Source: Planctomycetota bacterium
GTDB taxonomy: Bacteria > Planctomycetota > Phycisphaerae > UBA1845
NCBI GenBank assembly: GCA_024278695.1
Contig: JAJRSR010000211.1
Coordinates: 1 to 46,632 of the forward strand
Length of the DNA: 46,632 nucleotides
Reading direction: 5' to 3'
Under the pieces are notes generated by a model, which did not search any database, was not told the origin of the DNA, and saw only the letters and a program-made list of their open reading frames with translations. The translations under genes were made by a program, and so were the position numbers. Positions 41,054 through 46,632 of the stretch are shown piece by piece (position 1 is the stretch's first letter; each line of letters begins with the position of its first letter).

Positions 41054-41114
41054 GACGGTGCCATGGTCGAGCCCGACCGGTTGGTCGCTTTAGAGGCGGG
41101 GTCGTCCGGTTCGG

Positions 41115-41153
41115 CGATTCGTGTTTCCCGCAGCGTCAGACGCGCGCCACCCG
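41115..41153 (+). repeat. REP-like family A copy (degenerate)
   Basis: CGATTCGTGTTTCCCGCAGCGTCAGACGCGCGCCACCCG. Confidence 0.65.
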
Positions 41154-41352
41154 GTTCGGTGGCTCGTGCGTCTCACGGTTGGATTCAGGGGCTATCAACG
41201 CCTACAGCTTTTGGCCGGGGTGCAATTGAGTTTTTCTCCGATTGTCGGCATAATGCCCGAGCGATGGCCCGCCTCCTCCGGGCGTCGCGGCTTGTCGGGC
41301 GAGGCGTCTGCGGCGGTCCATCATCCGGGGAAGACTGAGGCTTGTGAAAGCC

Positions 41353-42444
41353 ATGGCTGAGGATTTTCTACCAGTCAAAGGGTACGACCACGTCGAGTTC
41401 TACGTCGGCAACGCGAAGCAGGCGGCCCACTTTTATGACAAGACTTTCGGTTTCAAGCCCGTTGCCAAGCGGGGATTGGAGACGGGCAGTCGCGACCGGG
41501 CAAGCTATGTGCTTCGGCAGGGTGCGGTCACGTTTGTGCTTACCAGTGCCTACGGTCCGGATACGGACGTCGCACGGCATTGTGCGTTGCACGGTGATGG
41601 CGTGAGGGCGATTGCGCTTTCGGTGGGTGATGTTGAATCGGCCGTTCGTGAAACCAAGGCCCGTGGTGCGACCGTATTGAAGGAGGCCACGGCAGAGGAA
41701 GACGAGCAGGGTACCGTCATCACGGCCGAGATCAAGTACGCCGGGGATACGGTCTTTCGCTTTGTTGATCGCAGCAACTACCGCGGCCCGTTCGCGCCGG
41801 GGTTTATCGATATCGACGCGCAAGGCTCGAATCCCGTCGGATTTGCGGCGATCGACCATATCGTGACCAACGTCTACCTCGGCGAGATGAACTTTTGGGC
41901 GAACTGGTATTCCGAGGTGTTGGGTTTCACGAATCTGGCCCACTTTACGGATAAAGATATCAGCACGGAATATAGCGCGCTGATGAGCAAGGTGATGGAG
42001 AACGGTACCGGCAAGTGCAAGTTTCCCATCAATGAGCCGGCCGAGGGGAAGAAGCGATCGCAGATCACGGAATACCTCGATTATTACTACGGTTCCGGCG
42101 TACAGCATATCGCCATGAACACCGCCAATATCTATGACACGGTGGCGGAGCTGCGCAGCCGCGACATCGATTTCCTTCGCGTGCCGGATACCTATTACGA
42201 CATGATGCGCGAGCGCATCAAGGGTGTGGACGAAGATTGGGCACGCTTGCAGGAACTCGGCATCCTGGTCGATCAGGACGATGATGGGTACCTGTTGCAG
42301 ATTTTTACGCACCCGGTGCAGGACCGCCCGACGCTCTTCTATGAAGTGATCCAGCGCCACGGCAGCCGTGGCTTCGGCATCGGCAATTTTAAGGCGTTGT
42401 TTGTGAGTCTGGAAGAAGAGCAGGCGTTACGCGGCAACTTGTAG
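41353..42444 (+). CDS. hppD: 4-hydroxyphenylpyruvate dioxygenase
   Basis: DHVEFYVGNAKQAA, HGDGV, IDHIV, SALMSKV, PINEP, GVQHIA, GYLLQIFT, FYEVIQR..GFGIGNFKALF. Confidence 0.97.
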   Translation: MAEDFLPVKGYDHVEFYVGNAKQAAHFYDKTFGFKPVAKRGLETGSRDRASYVLRQGAVTFVLTSAYGPDTDVARHCALHGDGVRAIALSVGDVESAVRETKARGATVLKEATAEEDEQGTVITAEIKYAGDTVFRFVDRSNYRGPFAPGFIDIDAQGSNPVGFAAIDHIVTNVYLGEMNFWANWYSEVLGFTNLAHFTDKDISTEYSALMSKVMENGTGKCKFPINEPAEGKKRSQITEYLDYYYGSGVQHIAMNTANIYDTVAELRSRDIDFLRVPDTYYDMMRERIKGVDEDWARLQELGILVDQDDDGYLLQIFTHPVQDRPTLFYEVIQRHGSRGFGIGNFKALFVSLEEEQALRGNL

Positions 42445-42514
42445 TGTATCGAGGCTGGGCGGCTGCGAAAGAGCACGATCATTGAAGCGGTCGTCGTACC
42501 TTGGAAATGTCTCA

Positions 42515-42539
42515 GGGCCGCAGGCTTCGGCCTGCGCGG
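42515..42539 (+). repeat. REP-like family B copy
   Basis: GGGCCGCAGGCTTCGGCCTGCGCGG, with perfect stem CGCAGGC/GCCTGCG. Confidence 0.7.
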
Positions 42540-42635
42540 CATCGCAAACATCGACCGTACGGGTAAGCGAGTTATCGCGCCTGTGCGATTTTCAATACAA
42601 ATAATTCTACCCGTGGATTTGAAAGTAGGGCAACC

Positions 42636-43850
42636 ATGATTCATTACCTTAGACTTGGAAGTATTCCGCCGAAGCATCATGTGACACACTACCAAGACGG
42701 TAAGCTGCTGATGGAGCAGTGCATGACACGCGCCGGCTTTGATGCCACGTACAGCATCCTTTATTTTCGTACGCCCCCGACGGATGAGTGTAAGGTGAGC
42801 ACGATGGAGCTTCCGGGTTTCTGCCCGATCGAGCCGATTGCCGAGCAGCCGTTGCACCGCCGCCACATTCGCACGCAGGATTTCAAGCACGAGGGTGATT
42901 TCCTCACCGGGCGGCGTACGATCCTGATGAACGACGACGTGCGTATCAGCATGTGCAAACCAAACCAACCCGCCAAAGATTGGTTTTCCAACGCCGACGG
43001 TGATGAGTGTTGGTTCGCGTACGATGGCGGCGGGGTGGCCGAGACGATTTACGGCCCGCTGCCTTTTAAGAAGCACGACTACGTGATTATCCCCAAAGCC
43101 ACGCCCTACCGGTTGCATCCGGAGGGCGGCAAGGGGACGTTCCTCGTCTTTGAATCCAGCAGTTATATCGACGTACCCAAGCAGTTTCGCAATGAGTCCG
43201 GTCAGGTCACGATGGACGCACCGTTTTGCCACCGTGATTTCCGTGTACCGACGGAGTTGTTGAAGTTTGACGAAGCCGCGCATGGCAAGGGACCGTATCC
43301 GTTGATCGTGAAGTTCGGCAACCGGCTGAGCGTTCATGAGTACGAACATTTTCCGTGGGACGTGGTCGGATGGGACGGCTGTTCGTATCCCGTTGCGTTT
43401 AACATTCACGACTACCAGCCGCGCACCGCGGCCATCCACCTGCCGCCGACGGCTCATATTACCTTTGCCGGGCGCGGGTTCATCATCTGTTCGTTCGTGC
43501 CGCGCAAGGTGGACTATTACGAAAGCGCCGATCACAAGGCGATTCCGTGTCCGTATGGCCACGCCAGCGTCGACTGCGATGAGATCTTGTATTACGTTGA
43601 GGGTAACTTCACGTCGCGCAAGGGGATCGAGCGGGAATCGGTGAGCCTGCACCCGATGGGCGTGCCGCACGGTCCGCACCCCGGCACTTACGAGAAAAGC
43701 GTCGGTGCCGATCGTACGAACGAGTTGGCCGTCATGTGCGACACGTTCAAGCCGCTGCTTATGACGAGCGTGGCCACGTCCGTGGAGGACAAGGACTACA
43801 ACTTCACCTGGGTCAAAAGGCAAAACGAGGCGATCGAGACCAGCAAGTGA
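42636..43850 (+). CDS. hmgA: Homogentisate 1,2-dioxygenase
   Basis: NADGDE, PWDVVGWDG, IHLPPTAH, SFVPR, PYGHASVDCDEILYY, SLHPMGVPHGPHPG, ELAVMCDTFKPL; downstream of hppD. Confidence 0.95.
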   Translation: MIHYLRLGSIPPKHHVTHYQDGKLLMEQCMTRAGFDATYSILYFRTPPTDECKVSTMELPGFCPIEPIAEQPLHRRHIRTQDFKHEGDFLTGRRTILMNDDVRISMCKPNQPAKDWFSNADGDECWFAYDGGGVAETIYGPLPFKKHDYVIIPKATPYRLHPEGGKGTFLVFESSSYIDVPKQFRNESGQVTMDAPFCHRDFRVPTELLKFDEAAHGKGPYPLIVKFGNRLSVHEYEHFPWDVVGWDGCSYPVAFNIHDYQPRTAAIHLPPTAHITFAGRGFIICSFVPRKVDYYESADHKAIPCPYGHASVDCDEILYYVEGNFTSRKGIERESVSLHPMGVPHGPHPGTYEKSVGADRTNELAVMCDTFKPLLMTSVATSVEDKDYNFTWVKRQNEAIETSK

Positions 43851-44001
43851 ACAATCGCTTGGGGCGAGTTGGCACAGCGTGCCTGTTTCGTGACTTCGAT
43901 TCTCCTGCTGAATCGAGCGACAATCGAACTTTCACGAAAGGGTTCGTGAGCGTGTGGCCTCGTTTGCCTCGTATTATTGGGCGTAGTCTTATAGTCGTCT
44001 C

Positions 44002-44179
44002 GGATGGTATGACCCTGGCAGTGGCGAATCGTACATTTCAGAGGTAGTGCTTGCGTTTGGACGGTCTAAGCTCGGCCACGGGGTCACGCGAGTGCTACCG
44101 GACATCGTCCAGGCGGTCGCTGGCTGAGGGGCCAGTGGCCCTGTTGGGCGGTGGACCGATGGGCAGAGGAACTGTCCAT
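44002..44179 (+). ncRNA. Candidate structured ncRNA with 6S-RNA-like rod and central bubble
   Basis: Nested stems TGACCCT/AGGGGCCA, CAGTGGC/GTCGCTG and GGTAGTGCTTGCGT/ACGCGAGTGCTACC around an unpaired bubble; G-U pairs favour the plus strand; TATAGT upstream. Confidence 0.4.
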
Positions 44180-44259
44180 AGATGTGTGGAGCGCTCGTTT
44201 TTCCGCAGCACCGCTGTGGTCTCGCCGACCAACGCGCGACGGGTGTGGGGTGAACTAAG

Positions 44260-45969
44260 TTGGTACACGTAGGTCAAATCGGAAACTGGTGGCGGACGCG
44301 CAACCTTCCGTCCTTGGAAGGGTATGATCGTGTACGCGCCGTGGAAAAGCTCGCGGCCGCTGGTTACCGCGATGCCGTTGTCCCGCTGATCGAAGCGTTG
44401 GATGATCCCATCCCCGAAGTTCGAGAGCATATTATCGATGCGCTGACCGTGCTTGGTGACCTTCGCGCTGCGGGTCCGCTCATCGCGCTTTTGCTGCGCG
44501 AGCGCGAGCCGCTCATTCGCGACAAGTTGGTCGGGGCGCTGGAAGCGATCAACCACCAGGACAGCCTGAAACAATTGGAAGCCGCGTTAGACCAGGAAGA
44601 CCCGGCCGCTCGTCAGACGGCGGCGTGGGCGCTTCGTCGCCTCGCCTGGGAACGGCTTGCCGATCTGCCGCGCGCGAAAATCGCTATCATACAAAGTGAT
44701 TGGACATCTGCGGCGGCGCTCGGCAGTGTGGCCGTAAATCCGCTGATCGATGTCGTGAGGCTGGGGACGGACATTTCCCGCCGTGCGGCCGCCGAGGCGC
44801 TCTGTCAGATTGGGTCTGCCGAAGCGCTACAGGCCATTCGTTCGATCTTGCATGACCGGGATGCCCCGCGTCCAGCGCGTGACGTGGCGGCATGGGCGCT
44901 GCGCCGCGTTTTGTGGAAGGGTGTGACGGACGAAGACCTCAGCCGGGCGATGGTGCTGCTCGGTGAGTGGCATGATTTGTCGAAGCTGGGCGTGGTCGCG
45001 GTGGAGGCGCTGACGGAGGCGTTGGCCGACCAGCGAGAGCGGGTGCGGCAACGCGCCGTGGAAGCGCTTCGCGCTATTGGCGGTGATGAGGCCATGAAGA
45101 CGCTGGCGTTTTTGTTTGCCGATGAGACGCGTGAGCCCTCCGTTCGTGATGTGGCCGCCCGTGCGATTGGTGAGATGGGCGGCGACGGCGCGGTCGCTGC
45201 GATCCTGCCGGGCTTGAGTGCCAACAACTGGCAGATTCGCGTGGCCGCAGTGGAGTCGCTTCGTCAGCTAGGTTGGGAGCCGAGCGGCCCGCAAGAGACG
45301 ATACTGGCGTGCATGGCCGAAAAGAAATGGTCGCAGCTTGGAGCTTATGGTGCCGTAGCCGTTGAGCCGCTTATTGAGGCCATGCGGCTTCCTTCCGTTT
45401 CGTGGGACGCCGCGCGGGCGCTGGCAAGTGTAGAGCCCGCCGGAGTGGACACGTTGCTCGCGATGCTTGAAGATCCGGACTGCGCGTTGGAAAGCCGCGA
45501 AGCCATCAGCACCGTATTGGCTGACGCCGGCGTCTCCCGAGCGATTGCACCGATCAAGGCGTGGCTTAAAGACACCGATCCGGACATCCGACAGGCGGCC
45601 GTGCGTTCTCTGGAGCGGCTGGGTTGGGAGCCGGACTCGATTGCGGATCGGGCGACCGTGGCCGTGGCTCATGACGATTGGGATTCACTGCGCGGTCTCG
45701 GCTCAGGTGCGACGGCTTCGCTGTTGCAGTTGGCCCGCAGCTCCATAGCCCCGCAAGAAACGTTGGAATCGCTCGTGTACCTGCTGGAGAAATCTTCCAA
45801 GCAGGTATCCATCCCGCAACTGCGGATGATGGTCAAACTGCCCACGCCGACGGCCGCCCCCGATACGGCGTTTAGCGAAGCGTGCGATCCGGAACTCCTC
45901 GCAGAGAACACCGCCCTGGTTCATAAGATGGCCAAGACGGAACTGCTCCGCCGTGGGATCATGTTTTAG
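44260..45969 (+). CDS. HEAT/PBS-lyase repeat protein
   Basis: Repeated AVVPLIEALDD..VR..AL motifs; four modules with AAxxL.RLxW...W...LG..AV.PL. Confidence 0.85.
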   Translation: MVHVGQIGNWWRTRNLPSLEGYDRVRAVEKLAAAGYRDAVVPLIEALDDPIPEVREHIIDALTVLGDLRAAGPLIALLLREREPLIRDKLVGALEAINHQDSLKQLEAALDQEDPAARQTAAWALRRLAWERLADLPRAKIAIIQSDWTSAAALGSVAVNPLIDVVRLGTDISRRAAAEALCQIGSAEALQAIRSILHDRDAPRPARDVAAWALRRVLWKGVTDEDLSRAMVLLGEWHDLSKLGVVAVEALTEALADQRERVRQRAVEALRAIGGDEAMKTLAFLFADETREPSVRDVAARAIGEMGGDGAVAAILPGLSANNWQIRVAAVESLRQLGWEPSGPQETILACMAEKKWSQLGAYGAVAVEPLIEAMRLPSVSWDAARALASVEPAGVDTLLAMLEDPDCALESREAISTVLADAGVSRAIAPIKAWLKDTDPDIRQAAVRSLERLGWEPDSIADRATVAVAHDDWDSLRGLGSGATASLLQLARSSIAPQETLESLVYLLEKSSKQVSIPQLRMMVKLPTPTAAPDTAFSEACDPELLAENTALVHKMAKTELLRRGIMF

Positions 45970-46097
45970 GCTTTTGCTTCACATTCTCTTTGCCTCAATG
46001 TACTCGCTTGTCTGCTGTTGTAACGCGGATGTGACACCGTACTACGGTGCGGCTACCATCTTACCCACGTGTCTATCGTGTGGATCGGAGTGGAACC

Positions 46098-46632
46098 GTG
46101 AGAATCGTATTGGTGATGGTGTTGGTGTCTATGCTGAGAATAGTTACGAATGCGGATGAAGGTCACAAGAATAAACCGAAGGACGCTGCGCCGGCCATGA
46201 CCATCACCTACCTCGCGAACGAGGGCGTGTTTCTTTCTGATGGGACGTCTGGCGTTTTGATTGACTCACTCTTTCGCGAGGGTGTGGGCGGGTACGCGCG
46301 GCTTTCCCATGAGGTGTTGGAATCTGTGGAGTCGGCTTCGGCTCCGTTTGATACGACGCGACTCGTATTGGTCACCCATCGACATCGTGATCACTTCCAG
46401 GCGGACTCCGTCGCGCGGCACATGAAGCACAACCCGGCTGCGATGCTTGTCGCGCCGGCCAACGCTGCGGAACTGGTGGAGGAAGCCGCCTCCGATTTCG
46501 CCGTCTTTCGTGACCGGGCCAAGTTTGTTCCACCGCCGCGAGATAAGCCGGTTACACTGCATCACGCCGGGCTATCGGTCGAGGTGTTTTTCGTGAGCCA
46601 CGGCAAGGGTCGTTTCGCCAAGGTGGAAAACC
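46098..46632 (+). CDS. Exported MBL-fold metallo-hydrolase (3' truncated by the window edge)
   Basis: GGAG RBS, GTG 46098, signal-like N-terminus, ITYLANEGVFL..VLID, LVTHRHRDHF (HxHxDH); not in the ORF track because it runs off the window. Confidence 0.85.
   Translation, partial: MRIVLVMVLVSMLRIVTNADEGHKNKPKDAAPAMTITYLANEGVFLSDGTSGVLIDSLFREGVGGYARLSHEVLESVESASAPFDTTRLVLVTHRHRDHFQADSVARHMKHNPAAMLVAPANAAELVEEAASDFAVFRDRAKFVPPPRDKPVTLHHAGLSVEVFFVSHGKGRFAKVEN

Noticed and set aside
41368-43823. Long antisense ORFs (330 aa and 494 aa) opposite hppD and hmgA
   Set aside because: Mirror frames of biased coding sequence with no independent evidence.

Overview
GC-rich bacterial chromosomal segment, most likely from a planctomycete (Phycisphaerae-like). 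This is inferred from the style of L28, the short sigma-70 factor, the CxxC..CPECG zinc-ribbon membrane protein and the TMTC-like protein. About 40 genes are present, mostly housekeeping or metabolic: trpB, galE, rpmB, rsfS, coaD, pyrD, mutM, dprA, acetoacetate-CoA ligase, ALDH7-type dehydrogenase, argS, rpsR, acnA, hppD and hmgA. I saw no integrase, transposase, prophage, CRISPR array, rRNA or tRNA. The most unusual signals are: (1) a POT peptide transporter with a ~190-aa internally duplicated insert at the site where mammalian PepT1/2 carry their extracellular domain; (2) a Kunitz/BPTI domain at the left edge; (3) an exported CX5R phosphatase/sulfurtransferase-cytochrome c fusion broken by two in-frame stops; (4) a 6S-RNA-like rod structure between hmgA and a HEAT-repeat gene; (5) several REP-like palindrome families plus an ~80-bp dispersed element in the intergenic spaces; (6) a nitrilase and a PrsW-like protein with substituted catalytic residues. 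All calls come from reading motifs by eye; no searches or folding programs were run.
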